From: Leptospira sp.
GTDB lineage: Bacteria > Spirochaetota > Leptospiria > Leptospirales > Leptospiraceae
NCBI GenBank assembly: GCA_034439575.1
Contig: JAWXAQ010000027.1
Location: forward strand, 96,001 to 160,000
Direction of reading: 5' to 3'
Length of the DNA: 64,000 bases
In this document: piece after piece, positions 9,304 through 19,397 of the stretch
Numbering within the stretch: position 1 is the first letter of the stretch
How the letters are laid out: each line of letters starts with the position of its first letter
The notes under the pieces: generated by a model
What the model was told of the DNA's origin: nothing
The model's database searches: none
The model's input: only the letters and a program-made list of their open reading frames with translations
Position numbers and translations under genes: made by a program

Positions 9304-10389
9304 GTGATAATTTTTTATGATTTTAAAAAAGTTTATGATAGTTACAAAGCTGAAATTAATTCAGCAATAAGTAATGTTATTGATCGTGGTAATTTTATAT
9401 TAGGTGATGAGGTCTATGAATTTGAAAATTTATTCGCTAGTTATTGCGGAGCCAAATATTGTATAGGTGTTGGGAATGGATTAGATGCACTTACTTTAAT
9501 ACTTAAAGCTTATGATTTCCCTGAAGAATCGGAAATCATAGTACCTTCCAATACATTTATAGCTTCGATTCTTGCCATCACTCATGCTGGATTGAAGCCA
9601 ATACTCGTAGAGCCATCTTTAGAAAATTATAATATTGATCCGAATTACATCAAAAAATTTATTACTAAAAAAACTAAGGCTATTTTGCCTGTTCATTTGT
9701 ATGGGCGTATCGCCCCTATGGATGAGATTAAAGAGATTGGTAAAGAATATAATTTAAAAATCATTGAAGATGCCGCCCAAGCGCATGGCGCAGTATACAA
9801 TGGCATCAAAACGGGCAACCTTGGCGATGCCGCCGGATTTAGCTTTTATCCTGGTAAGAATTTAGGTTGCTTCGGTGATGGTGGAGCAATCGTTACTAGT
9901 GATGAAGAACTAATGCTTAAAGTCCGAGCATTAAGGAACTATGGTTCTTCACAAAAATATATTAATGATTTAAAAGGATTAAATAGTAGGTTAGATGAAA
10001 TTCAAGCTACAATCTTAAAAGTAAGGTTGAAATACTTAGACCAAGAAAATTCGGCAAGAAGAGTTGTTTCACAATACTACCGAACTCATATTAAAAATTC
10101 AAAAATTATATTACCTGATCTTAAGAATGAAGAAGAACATGTCTGGCATTTATTTACGGTTCGTACAGAAAATAGAGAAAATCTAAGATTACATTTAGAA
10201 AAAAATGATATCATGGCATTGATACATTATCCGATTGCTCCTCACAAACAAAAGGCCTACAAAGAGTGGGAAATGAATTCTTTTCCTATCTCTGAAAGTA
10301 TTCATAGAGAAATATTAAGTTTACCAATGAGTCCAGTTTTAACTCATTCTGAAATTGAGAAGATAGTAAATGTTGTTAATTCTTATTAA
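9304..10389 (+). CDS. fdtB: DegT/DnrJ/EryC1/StrS PLP aminotransferase, dTDP-3-amino-3,6-dideoxyhexose transaminase (FdtB)-like
   Basis: [33 protein letters not shown] (catalytic Lys), [12 protein letters not shown] at 9304 follows GGAG at 9294-9297; the ORF track starts at TTG 9292. Confidence 0.85.
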   Translation: MIIFYDFKKVYDSYKAEINSAISNVIDRGNFILGDEVYEFENLFASYCGAKYCIGVGNGLDALTLILKAYDFPEESEIIVPSNTFIASILAITHAGLKPILVEPSLENYNIDPNYIKKFITKKTKAILPVHLYGRIAPMDEIKEIGKEYNLKIIEDAAQAHGAVYNGIKTGNLGDAAGFSFYPGKNLGCFGDGGAIVTSDEELMLKVRALRNYGSSQKYINDLKGLNSRLDEIQATILKVRLKYLDQENSARRVVSQYYRTHIKNSKIILPDLKNEEEHVWHLFTVRTENRENLRLHLEKNDIMALIHYPIAPHKQKAYKEWEMNSFPISESIHREILSLPMSPVLTHSEIEKIVNVVNSY

Positions 10390-10427
10390 TACTAAGATTT
10401 GTTAAATAGAGAATAAATTAACCGAAA

Positions 10428-12476
10428 ATGAAACATTTTAATAGTATATTTAGCTTTGTTCTAACTATTTTTTTACTTGTATCGATATATTATAAATTTT
10501 CAAATTATCCTACTTTTCATGTTTTCTCTTTGCTAACTCATGTCAGTATATTTCTTTTACTTTCATTTTTTTTAATTATTTCGCTTAGTGAATTTGGAAA
10601 ATATTTGCGTGTTTACATATTTAAAAACAATTATTCTACATTAGATCTTGGATTAGGTATTGGTGCTTTTGCATTTATATTACAGTTTTATAATAAAATA
10701 GATCTGAATCATACTATTCCAGTTTTTTTCTTAATGTTCTTTTTTATTTCCAGCCTATATCAATTTAAATTTAGATACATCAAATCTTTAAAATTTAATT
10801 CAAATCGATATTTTGAATTCTTAATTTTATTACTATTTTTCGTTTACTTAGCAGAATTTGGAATATACGATGGACTACTAGAATATACGACAGACTTTGA
10901 TAGTAGCTTTCACCATATCGTCTTAGCACAAACAATGGTTAGAGAAGGACATTATTTCCCTCCGTTTTGGTTGCGTGCTCCCTTTATTCCACAACTCACA
11001 CATTCAATTTATATTTTTATATTATCAATCTTTAAGAATGATATCCTTTATATTAAATTATTAAATTTTATAGCATTTTATCAAATATTTAAAATTTTCT
11101 TAAATCGAAAGCGAAATTTAGATTTCTGGTTAGGTGGATTAATACTATTGATCATAGTTTTTTCACCTGAATTCACGTATTTATATAATACAAATTTAGA
11201 TGCTTTACTTGGCCTCTTTTATCTTTGTTCGCTCGTAATGTTTTATCGATGCTTACGTAATGAATTTAGTATAACAAATGTATCTATGTTAATTGTTTTC
11301 TGCGGTTTTGCAGGTGGTCAAAAACATTTCGGGTTGATGTTTTCGGTTCCTGTGATATTATTCAGTTTCTTTGGTTCGCTTATTTATTTTTATAAACAGG
11401 AGCTAATAGGAAAAAGTATTAAAGATGCAATAGCAAGTTGTATATATAACCAGAGATTCTATGGTTATGCTATATCATTTTTAAGTTTCTTTGTGGTTTT
11501 TATCCCTTTTTATATTCATAATCTTCTTGCTAATTCTAATTTATTTTTTCCTTTTATGGGTAATAAAGTAAATGCATATGGTTGGTCAAAGCAAGAAATC
11601 GAAGACTTTACTGGTCCAACTATCAATCATTGGGGACATCAAAAATCGGTTACTGGTTTTTTTCAATTGCCATATGATTTGATAAATTTTCCAGATGATT
11701 TTCAATTCTTTCAAACCAATACTTGGCATGATTATGTAGTGCCGTTTTTATTCATTTTCCCTATATTTCTTTTATTTATCACAATAGTATTCAAAAGCAC
11801 TAAAAAACATCTTTTATTATCGATCGTTTTAATTTGCTGTTATGTGTTATGGTTTCAAAGTAGCCAAGTGATAAGGTATCTTTTTCCAATTAATATAGGA
11901 TCACTTTTTTTAATTTATATACAATTTTCAAATTTTAAAAATTTACATACAAAATTTGCATTAAATTTTTTGAAAATTGCATTTCTCACTTTTTTTATCT
12001 ATCTTTCCCTTGAAAATTTTAAAGAAGTAAATTTTATTTTACCCAGTAACTCAAATGAGCGTTTGATTTATAGGAAATTTCAATTTGGGTCAATGATAGA
12101 AGGAAATATTAAAATTACACAATCCAATAATAATTCTGGAGTATTAGAATTTGGTCCACATGCTGTAATGGCTAGATCCTTATTTCCTAATCTAACATTT
12201 TGTGGAGATTGGTTTGGTGGATGCGCTTTTGAAAAATTCACACTTAGGAATACACCCATGCAATTTAAGTCGTGGGAAGAAATCAAGAAAGCGAGTCAAT
12301 TTATGAAAATTGATTTTATCTCAATTTACTGGACACAATTTCGCGATGGTTCGGCACCTGCTACTGAATTAGAATACAATTTAGTTTTCCCAGAATCTGT
12401 GAGAAAATGCATAGAACCATTTTATAAGGTCTCTGGTGAATATGATATTTTTTCTATAAAGAATGAATGTAAATGA
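10428..12476 (+). CDS. Large multi-pass membrane protein, putative GT-C-fold (ArnT-like) transferase
   Basis: Many TM segments, loop motif DFDSSFHH, NLFFPF, QVIRYLFP, soluble C-terminal domain. Confidence 0.55.
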   Translation: MKHFNSIFSFVLTIFLLVSIYYKFSNYPTFHVFSLLTHVSIFLLLSFFLIISLSEFGKYLRVYIFKNNYSTLDLGLGIGAFAFILQFYNKIDLNHTIPVFFLMFFFISSLYQFKFRYIKSLKFNSNRYFEFLILLLFFVYLAEFGIYDGLLEYTTDFDSSFHHIVLAQTMVREGHYFPPFWLRAPFIPQLTHSIYIFILSIFKNDILYIKLLNFIAFYQIFKIFLNRKRNLDFWLGGLILLIIVFSPEFTYLYNTNLDALLGLFYLCSLVMFYRCLRNEFSITNVSMLIVFCGFAGGQKHFGLMFSVPVILFSFFGSLIYFYKQELIGKSIKDAIASCIYNQRFYGYAISFLSFFVVFIPFYIHNLLANSNLFFPFMGNKVNAYGWSKQEIEDFTGPTINHWGHQKSVTGFFQLPYDLINFPDDFQFFQTNTWHDYVVPFLFIFPIFLLFITIVFKSTKKHLLLSIVLICCYVLWFQSSQVIRYLFPINIGSLFLIYIQFSNFKNLHTKFALNFLKIAFLTFFIYLSLENFKEVNFILPSNSNERLIYRKFQFGSMIEGNIKITQSNNNSGVLEFGPHAVMARSLFPNLTFCGDWFGGCAFEKFTLRNTPMQFKSWEEIKKASQFMKIDFISIYWTQFRDGSAPATELEYNLVFPESVRKCIEPFYKVSGEYDIFSIKNECK

Positions 12477-13294
12477 GTAAATCAATTTTGATTACTGGTA
12501 TTAATGGATTTGTCGCAAAACATATCGCTGTTAGAGCTAAACAATTAGGTTATAAAGTCATTGGAACTGTATCTAATCCCAGCAAGATAGAAAGTTCATT
12601 AATTTACGTAGATGAAATTTATGTTTTCAATTTATTAGATAAACAGTTACCATTATTTAATTCCCAGATTGATTATGTGATTCATTGTGCCATCGACATT
12701 GAAAATCCAAAACCAAGTATACAAAGAACCATTGAACTTAATGAAAAAATTTCAGAAAAAAACCGATCGAAGTGTATATTTGTAAGTTCAATATCGATGA
12801 ATGAAGCAAACAAAAGCAACTATTCAATTATTAAACAGGAATTGGAAAAATATTTTAAAGTGATCAACAATTCTTTAATCGTTCGACCTGGATTGATATT
12901 AGGTGATGGAGGACTCTTTCAAACTATGTCTAGATACGTTCAGAATGGGAATCTCATCCCACTACCAGATGGTGGTAAATATAAAATGGCAGTCATTACA
13001 ATTGATAAATTTGTGGATTATTTGTTTTATGCGATGGAAGGTAAAGTTTATGGGATTAAAAATTTATTTGATAAAAAATTAATTACCTTGGCCCAAATAG
13101 TAAGGGACATTGCAAAGAAAAGTAATAAGAGAATTTTTATAATATACATTCCAATTTCGTTTGTAGAATTTTTTGGTCCTTTGGTTATCACTATTTTAAA
13201 ACTTATAAATGTTAAAATAAGTTTTGATAGTATTATCGGATATAAATTATATAGAGATATGATACTTCCAGAATCAGATTTAGGAAATCAATGA
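12473..13294 (+). CDS. NAD-dependent epimerase/reductase (atypical SDR)
   Basis: ITGINGFVA, IHCA, FVSSIS, YSIIK (YxxxK), RPGLILGDGG. Confidence 0.8.
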   Translation: MSKSILITGINGFVAKHIAVRAKQLGYKVIGTVSNPSKIESSLIYVDEIYVFNLLDKQLPLFNSQIDYVIHCAIDIENPKPSIQRTIELNEKISEKNRSKCIFVSSISMNEANKSNYSIIKQELEKYFKVINNSLIVRPGLILGDGGLFQTMSRYVQNGNLIPLPDGGKYKMAVITIDKFVDYLFYAMEGKVYGIKNLFDKKLITLAQIVRDIAKKSNKRIFIIYIPISFVEFFGPLVITILKLINVKISFDSIIGYKLYRDMILPESDLGNQ

Positions 13295-13836
13295 AACTTA
13301 AAAGTATATTACAAAAATTTAGTTTAACCGAAATTATATATTTAGAATTAGAACAATATACTTATTTTTTAGTAAAATACATTCCTGGAACATTAGGATT
13401 TATATTGAGATTTCTTTTTATCAAATTATTTTCTAAAAAATTAACTGGGATGATTTGGATCCAACCAGGTGTAGAATTTATCCATGTAAAAAATATTACT
13501 TTTGGAAAGGGTGTAGGTATTAACACCGGTTCATATATTAATGGTGTTGGTTCAATTACATTTTCCGATCATGTTTTGGTGGGAAATAATGTTACAATTT
13601 CATCGGGTAAACATCCAACTGAATTAAATGAATTAAAAATTATTGAAATTCCTACCATTCGATTACCTATTAAAATAGGAAAAGGAGTTTGGATCGCGGC
13701 TGGTGCGGTCATTATGCCTGGAATCGAAATTGGTGCTGATTCTGTAATCGGAGCGAATTCAGTCGTTACTAAGCATATATCCCCTAACGGTATATATGTT
13801 GGTGCACCAGCAAAACTCATTAAAGAAAGAAAGTAA
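13291..13836 (+). CDS. Hexapeptide-repeat O-acyltransferase (maltose acetyltransferase-like)
   Basis: Left-handed beta-helix repeats, SSGKHP loop His, IGKGVWIAAGAVIMPG, GAPAK. Confidence 0.85.
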   Translation: MKLKSILQKFSLTEIIYLELEQYTYFLVKYIPGTLGFILRFLFIKLFSKKLTGMIWIQPGVEFIHVKNITFGKGVGINTGSYINGVGSITFSDHVLVGNNVTISSGKHPTELNELKIIEIPTIRLPIKIGKGVWIAAGAVIMPGIEIGADSVIGANSVVTKHISPNGIYVGAPAKLIKERK

Positions 13837-13847
13837 TAATAATATAA

Positions 13848-14276
13848 ATGAAAAGTTTTACATTTGAAAAAGAAAATTTAAGCAAAGAAGCCAATTTTCT
13901 ATTGAAGGAATTATTTTCTATTGAAGATAATGAAAGTTTGGCGAATCTTTATGTGCAGGCGCATGAATTTATATTAAAAAATCCAGGAATAGAGATCAAA
14001 GATGTAGACATTCAAAAAATAATTCAGAAAAAAATTAATCCTGAAGCTGTTGAATTTGCGATGAGAATTAAATTTCGAGATAATTTACTCACAAAAAAAA
14101 TTCAAATTCTAACTTATATCATAGAATCGCGGAAGGAATATAATGGGTTGTTTAATAATTTTAATAATAGATTTTTTTTTGGTTTTGCTTTGCTGATCTT
14201 CATGACAATGCGATCCATTTTTCTTTATTTTACAGGAAGATATTTAATTTCGCGACATCATCTTATAAGAGAATAG
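13848..14276 (+). CDS. Hypothetical protein with a C-terminal hydrophobic segment
   Basis: 142-aa ORF, co-oriented and tightly spaced in the operon. No motif recognised. Confidence 0.7.
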   Translation: MKSFTFEKENLSKEANFLLKELFSIEDNESLANLYVQAHEFILKNPGIEIKDVDIQKIIQKKINPEAVEFAMRIKFRDNLLTKKIQILTYIIESRKEYNGLFNNFNNRFFFGFALLIFMTMRSIFLYFTGRYLISRHHLIRE

Positions 14277-14413
14277 AAATAATCTTTATATAACTTTCTT
14301 TTTGAAAGAAACTATAAACATAATATTACAACAAAATTATGTGATAATAATATTTACTAAATTACGAAAATGAATATTAAAAAAAATAAAATAATAAAGC
14401 CAAAATCCAATAT

Positions 14414-16000
14414 ATGACCTCGCAAATTTATGATGTCATCATTGTTGGTTCAGGACCAGCGGGAATGGCTTCCGCTTACCAATTGCAAGGAAGATCAGTT
14501 TTGATGCTCGATGTTGGAAATAAACCGCCGCAAGTTTCAAATTTCGATGATAACTTATTTGATCTAAAAGAAAAACGAGATTTATTCACTGAGCTTGTAG
14601 GCAATTCTTTTGAGAGTCTTCATAATATAGACCAAAAATACCTTAGTCCGAAATTGAAAGCACCTCTTATGAGGTATGTGACAAATGGTGCTGAAAAATT
14701 AGCACCAATTCAATCCAATGAATTTGAAATGGCTCAGAGTTTTGCTTACGGTGGTTTAGCTAATGCCTGGGGCGCAGGAATGCTTCGCTTCAATGATTAT
14801 GATTTGCAAGGTTTTCCAATTTCTTATACAGATTTAAAACCCTTTTATGATAAGTTATCTGATATAATAGGCATTAGTGGGGAGAATGATGATTTATCAT
14901 TATTTTTTGGCAACGATGAAAAATTTCAAGAACCACATCAAATAGGTTTTTTAGGAAGCGATCTTCTAAAAATTTATAATAAACATAAAAAGAATTTTAA
15001 TACCCAAGGAATTTTTATTGGTCGTAATCGCTTAGGACTTCTTACTAAAGAAAAAGATGGAAGAAAACCATGCCAATACGATAATCTAGAATTTTATAAA
15101 TCAAATATACCAGCTAACTATAACCCTACATACACCTTGGATAGATTAATTAATGATGCTGTTTTGATCTATAAGTCAGGTTATTTGGTAAAATTTTATA
15201 GAGAAGAAAATAATTTAGTGGAGATTCATGCATTGAATTTGAATTCCCAAAAAATTGAAATATTTAAGAGCAAAACTATCGTATTAGCCGCTGGTTGTAT
15301 TAATACAGCGAAGATAATTTTACAATCAAATGAAGATTTCGAAACTAAGTTACCAATTTACGATAATCCCATATCATATGTTCCTTTTTTAGTTCCCAAG
15401 TTTATTGGTAGACCGATAGAGAAGAAAGCCTACTCAGCACAGCTAATATTTGTTCATGAAGATCCACTAACTAAAGAAAGGATAAATGGATCGTTTTATG
15501 GTTTGAGTGGACCAATGAAATCTGATTTATTTTTCGAGTTTCCCTTATCAATAAAAGCGAATTTAGCAGCTGTTAAATATTTGGTTCCGGCTATCGCAAT
15601 TATGCAAATTTTTTATTATGATAAAGATCATCCAAGCAATTATCTTCATTTAACGCGTGATAATAAAATTTTTATTTCATATAAAGAAAAACCAATAAAA
15701 AATAATGATATTGAAAAAAAGATAATTTCTTCTCTGCGAAAATTTGGCTATTTGAGTCATAGCTCACTTTGTAAATTCCCAGCTCCGGGAAATAGCTTTC
15801 ATTATGCGGGAAGTGTTCCTATGAAAACAAATCCAAAACGATATCAAACAACCTTGAAGGGAAATCTTTGGAATTCTGATCGTATATTTATTGCGGATTC
15901 GGCAAATTTTCCAGCTTTTCCTGCAAAGAATCATTCGTATACGATTATGGCAAATGCGATGCGAATCTCCGAGCATTTGAAAGCTCAATTGAATGTTTGA
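14414..16000 (+). CDS. GMC-family FAD-dependent oxidoreductase
   Basis: DVIIVGSGPAG FAD motif, GGLANAWGAG, SFHYAGSVPM (His) and NHSYTIMANAMR (Asn) as the catalytic pair. Confidence 0.88.
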   Translation: MTSQIYDVIIVGSGPAGMASAYQLQGRSVLMLDVGNKPPQVSNFDDNLFDLKEKRDLFTELVGNSFESLHNIDQKYLSPKLKAPLMRYVTNGAEKLAPIQSNEFEMAQSFAYGGLANAWGAGMLRFNDYDLQGFPISYTDLKPFYDKLSDIIGISGENDDLSLFFGNDEKFQEPHQIGFLGSDLLKIYNKHKKNFNTQGIFIGRNRLGLLTKEKDGRKPCQYDNLEFYKSNIPANYNPTYTLDRLINDAVLIYKSGYLVKFYREENNLVEIHALNLNSQKIEIFKSKTIVLAAGCINTAKIILQSNEDFETKLPIYDNPISYVPFLVPKFIGRPIEKKAYSAQLIFVHEDPLTKERINGSFYGLSGPMKSDLFFEFPLSIKANLAAVKYLVPAIAIMQIFYYDKDHPSNYLHLTRDNKIFISYKEKPIKNNDIEKKIISSLRKFGYLSHSSLCKFPAPGNSFHYAGSVPMKTNPKRYQTTLKGNLWNSDRIFIADSANFPAFPAKNHSYTIMANAMRISEHLKAQLNV

Positions 16001-16078
16001 TAAAGAATCAAATATTCTGCTAGAAATTAAATTAAAATATAATTTCCAAAATGCTATTTAATTTATAATAATTCTATA

Positions 16079-16612
16079 ATGAAAAAATTTAAATTATTGG
16101 AAATAATATATTTAGAAATTGAGCAAACTTCATACTTTCCTTTCAAATATATACCAGGTGTGATTGGTTTTTTTCTCCGTTATTTATTTGTTAAGTTAAT
16201 GGCAAAAAAATTAAATGGCATGATTTGGATTCCACCTGGAGTCGAATTATTACATCTAAGAAATATTATATTTGGTAAAAATGTCGGAATCAATGTTGGA
16301 ACATATATTAATGGAGTTGGATCAATCATTTTCGAGGATTTTGTAATGGTTGGAAGTAATGTAACAATTAATTCTGAAAAAAAAATTGCAGATAAGATGT
16401 ATAATCAAAATAATTCAGATTCCAAATTTCCTGAACAAATCATTTTAAAAGAAGGCTGTTGGTTAGCTGCAGGTACTGTTGTTTTCCCTGGTGTTACTGT
16501 TGGTAAAGGATCAGTGTTAGGTGCCAATTCGCTTGCATCTAAAAATATTCCTGATTTTGAGATTTATGCCGGTGCACCTGCCAAAAAAATTAGAAGTCGT
16601 GAGATAAAATAA
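16079..16612 (+). CDS. Hexapeptide-repeat acyltransferase-like protein; paralog of 13291..13836
   Basis: N-terminal half closely matches 13291..13836 (EIIYLE.EQ..YF..KYIPG..GF.LR.LF.KL..KKL.GMIWI.PGVE). Ends in GAPAKK. Confidence 0.8.
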   Translation: MKKFKLLEIIYLEIEQTSYFPFKYIPGVIGFFLRYLFVKLMAKKLNGMIWIPPGVELLHLRNIIFGKNVGINVGTYINGVGSIIFEDFVMVGSNVTINSEKKIADKMYNQNNSDSKFPEQIILKEGCWLAAGTVVFPGVTVGKGSVLGANSLASKNIPDFEIYAGAPAKKIRSREIK

Positions 16613-16626
16613 ACTGAGAAAAATAA

Positions 16627-17619
16627 ATGAAACAGACAGTACGTAATGTAAAAATATCAGGTACAGGATCTTATACTCCTGTGAAAATTGTCACAAATCT
16701 AGAATTGTCCAAAACAATTCCAACGACAGACGAATGGATTTTTGAAAATTTAGGAATACGTGAACGGAGAGTTGCGGCTATCAATGAATGCACGAGTGAT
16801 TTAGCTGCGAAGGCAGGATTACGTGCTATAGAAAATGCGAATCTTAAGCCAGAGGACATTGATCTTATTATCATTGCAACAGCAACTCCTGATAGACTCG
16901 CTCCTTCTACTGCCTGTATCGTACAAGATAAAATTAAAGCTTATAACGCAGTGGCATTTGATATAGCAGCCGTTTGCTCTGGTTTTTTGTATGGTATGTC
17001 AGTGGCATCTCAATTTATTGCTAGCGGTGTATACGAACGAGTATTAGTTATTGGTGCGGATACCTTTTCAAAAATTACCGATTGGAAAAGGAGAGATGCT
17101 GTTTTTTTTGGCGATGGAGCTGGAGCGGCTGTATTGACGCATGCAACAGATAGTGAAGGATTTTTGTCATTTCGATTATATTCCGACGGACGAGGGAAGT
17201 GGAATTTTACCATTCCGGGCGGTGGTTCAGAAAATCCTGCTAATGAAACAACAGTTGCTGAAGGACTACATTATTTTCAAATGAATGCAAGAGCAGTTTA
17301 TGAAACTGGTACTACAGTTTTACCAATTGCAATTTCACAAGTTTTAAAGGATTGTCAATTGGAGATTAAAGATGTGGATTACCTTGTTCCGCACCAACCA
17401 AGCATTAAACTTCTTAAAAAAACTGCTGAACTGATTGGTTTACCTGAATCCAAATTAATGACGAATATGATTCGTTATGCGAATACCTCAGGTGGAACCA
17501 TTCCGATTTTGTTGGACGAATTGAATAGAGATGGAAAGTTAAAAAAAGGAAATTTAATTTTATTTGCAGCTGTTGGAAGCGGTTGGACTTACGGAGCCTC
17601 GCTTCTACGTTGGTCTTAG
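16627..17619 (+). CDS. fabH: 3-oxoacyl-ACP synthase III (FabH-like)
   Basis: Catalytic triad AVCSG (Cys), PHQPS (His), YANTS (Asn). Also FGDGAGA. Confidence 0.9.
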   Translation: MKQTVRNVKISGTGSYTPVKIVTNLELSKTIPTTDEWIFENLGIRERRVAAINECTSDLAAKAGLRAIENANLKPEDIDLIIIATATPDRLAPSTACIVQDKIKAYNAVAFDIAAVCSGFLYGMSVASQFIASGVYERVLVIGADTFSKITDWKRRDAVFFGDGAGAAVLTHATDSEGFLSFRLYSDGRGKWNFTIPGGGSENPANETTVAEGLHYFQMNARAVYETGTTVLPIAISQVLKDCQLEIKDVDYLVPHQPSIKLLKKTAELIGLPESKLMTNMIRYANTSGGTIPILLDELNRDGKLKKGNLILFAAVGSGWTYGASLLRWS

Positions 17620-17629
17620 GAATTCGTTT

Positions 17630-18313
17630 ATGATTATAATCAATGGTGCTTCACGTGGAATAGGAAAATTCCTTTTTGAGTCATATTTTGGAAAAAATGA
17701 ACAGGTCATCGGAACCTATAATTCAACCAAGCCGAAAGATAATTTAGATTTTTTTGAGAACTTAGATGTTACAAATCAGAATTCAGTCTCAACATTTGTA
17801 AAAAAAATAACTCCAAAACTAAATGATATAACATTAATTAACTGTGCAGGGATTACTTACAATAGTTATGCGCATAAGGCAGAAATTGATAAATGGACTA
17901 AGGTAATAGATGTTAACTTAATTGGCGTTTTCCGATTGATTCATTCTATACTTCCAATTATGAGAGAACAAGGATTCGGAAGAATCATTAATTTTTCTTC
18001 GGTTGTTGCACAAAGAGGTACTCCTGGTGCGAGTGCTTATGCCTCTTCTAAATCTGCGCTTTGGGGTCTTGCTCGGAGTTTAGCTGTAGAAAATGCATCT
18101 AAAGGGATTACCATCAATTCACTTAACTTAGGTTATTTTGATATAGGAATGATTGAAGAAGTTCCCGAAGATTATAGGTCTACTATCATAGAAACCATTC
18201 CGAACAAACGATTTGGACATCCATCAGAAATATTAAATAGCATCGAATATCTAAGAAACAATTCTTATGTGAATGGAACATCTATCAATATAAACGCAGC
18301 CCTTTATGACTAG
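17630..18313 (+). CDS. SDR oxidoreductase, 3-oxoacyl/acetoacetyl-CoA reductase-like
   Basis: GASRGIG, NCAG, NFSSV, YASSK, LGYFDIGM. The ATG at 17630 follows AGGA; the ORF-track start at 17564 overlaps fabH. Confidence 0.85.
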   Translation: MIIINGASRGIGKFLFESYFGKNEQVIGTYNSTKPKDNLDFFENLDVTNQNSVSTFVKKITPKLNDITLINCAGITYNSYAHKAEIDKWTKVIDVNLIGVFRLIHSILPIMREQGFGRIINFSSVVAQRGTPGASAYASSKSALWGLARSLAVENASKGITINSLNLGYFDIGMIEEVPEDYRSTIIETIPNKRFGHPSEILNSIEYLRNNSYVNGTSININAALYD

Positions 18314-19307
18314 TTCTTTAAAGTTTGAGAAATTTAACAAGATTGAATTAGAAAAACAAAGATTGTTATTTAGTGAATGTTTTCCTGAAACTTTAAATAC
18401 ATCCGTTAATTCAAATGAACACTACGATTGGAAATTTCACAAATTTCCAAATTCTCCAACTTCCTATGAATATATTAGCTCTGAAGGTACTAATTTAATC
18501 GGATACTACGCAGCGCTACCATATTCATATCGTGTATTTAATGAAAATAAGTTGGTGGGGATGGTTTGCGATGTCATGACAGGCGTTGCTGCAAGGGGTA
18601 AAGGAATCTTTACCAAAATTGGAAAATTTGCGACAGATGATTTAAAAGAGCAAGGCATTGATTTCACAATTGGTTATCCTATTCGGAAGGAAGTAATTCC
18701 TGGACATTTAAAAGTTGGATGGGATGTCGTCTTTGAACTTCCTATGTATATAAGCTTTTTGAAATTTTCTAGTTTTTTTAAATCCAAAAGTATTGGATGG
18801 ATTTCAATTCCTTTTGATATAGCTTGTTTGATTCTTTTTAAAATTGAAAAACTTTTCTCAAAGAATGAAAATATAAGATTTGAAATTTTAAATAAAAACG
18901 AATTCATTAAATGGAAAGATTTAGATCAATTTATTTCTAAATGGCAAGACCAACAAAAAATATCGTTAAATAAATCAAAAGAATTTTATAATTGGCGTTT
19001 GTTTGCGCCTTGCACGGAATATAACATTATAATAATGTATATTAACGAAATTCCCGCTGGTGTAAGTATTGTTCGTGAAGTTGTTCAGAACAAAATTCCT
19101 ACTTTAGCTATACTTGATTTTATGATCTTAAAAGAAAATTTGTCTTATTCTTCGAATTTAATTTTTCAAATTAAAAATTTTGCATATGAAAGAAAAAGAG
19201 AATTTATTATATGTATGATGAATAAATCTATCTATGGCCGGTATGCTTTTCTTAAATCGTTATTTATTAGAAGTCCTTTCATATTCAAATTAATTATAAA
19301 AAAATAA
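18306..19307 (+). CDS. GNAT-family N-acyltransferase, probably truncated by a premature TAA (reading frame continues to 19385)
   Basis: DVMTGVAARGKGIF acyl-CoA motif and YPIRKEVIPGHLKVGW. The in-frame sequence after the stop encodes ...WHLTWIDSDDL*. Confidence 0.8.
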   Translation: MTSSLKFEKFNKIELEKQRLLFSECFPETLNTSVNSNEHYDWKFHKFPNSPTSYEYISSEGTNLIGYYAALPYSYRVFNENKLVGMVCDVMTGVAARGKGIFTKIGKFATDDLKEQGIDFTIGYPIRKEVIPGHLKVGWDVVFELPMYISFLKFSSFFKSKSIGWISIPFDIACLILFKIEKLFSKNENIRFEILNKNEFIKWKDLDQFISKWQDQQKISLNKSKEFYNWRLFAPCTEYNIIIMYINEIPAGVSIVREVVQNKIPTLAILDFMILKENLSYSSNLIFQIKNFAYERKREFIICMMNKSIYGRYAFLKSLFIRSPFIFKLIIKK

Positions 19308-19397
19308 AATTTTTCTCCGGAAGGCATTGAATTTTACAATGAAAATAATTGGCATTTGACCTGGATAGATTCAGATGATTTGTAAATAACTATAATC

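Noticed and set aside
14277-14413. Extremely AT-rich intergenic region as a possible sRNA or promoter
   Set aside because: Many -10-like hexamers arise by chance here. No convincing -35/-10 pair or stable structure could be singled out.
17564-17629. ORF-track start of the SDR gene inside fabH
   Set aside because: The Rossmann motif begins right after ATG 17630, which has a plausible ribosome-binding site.
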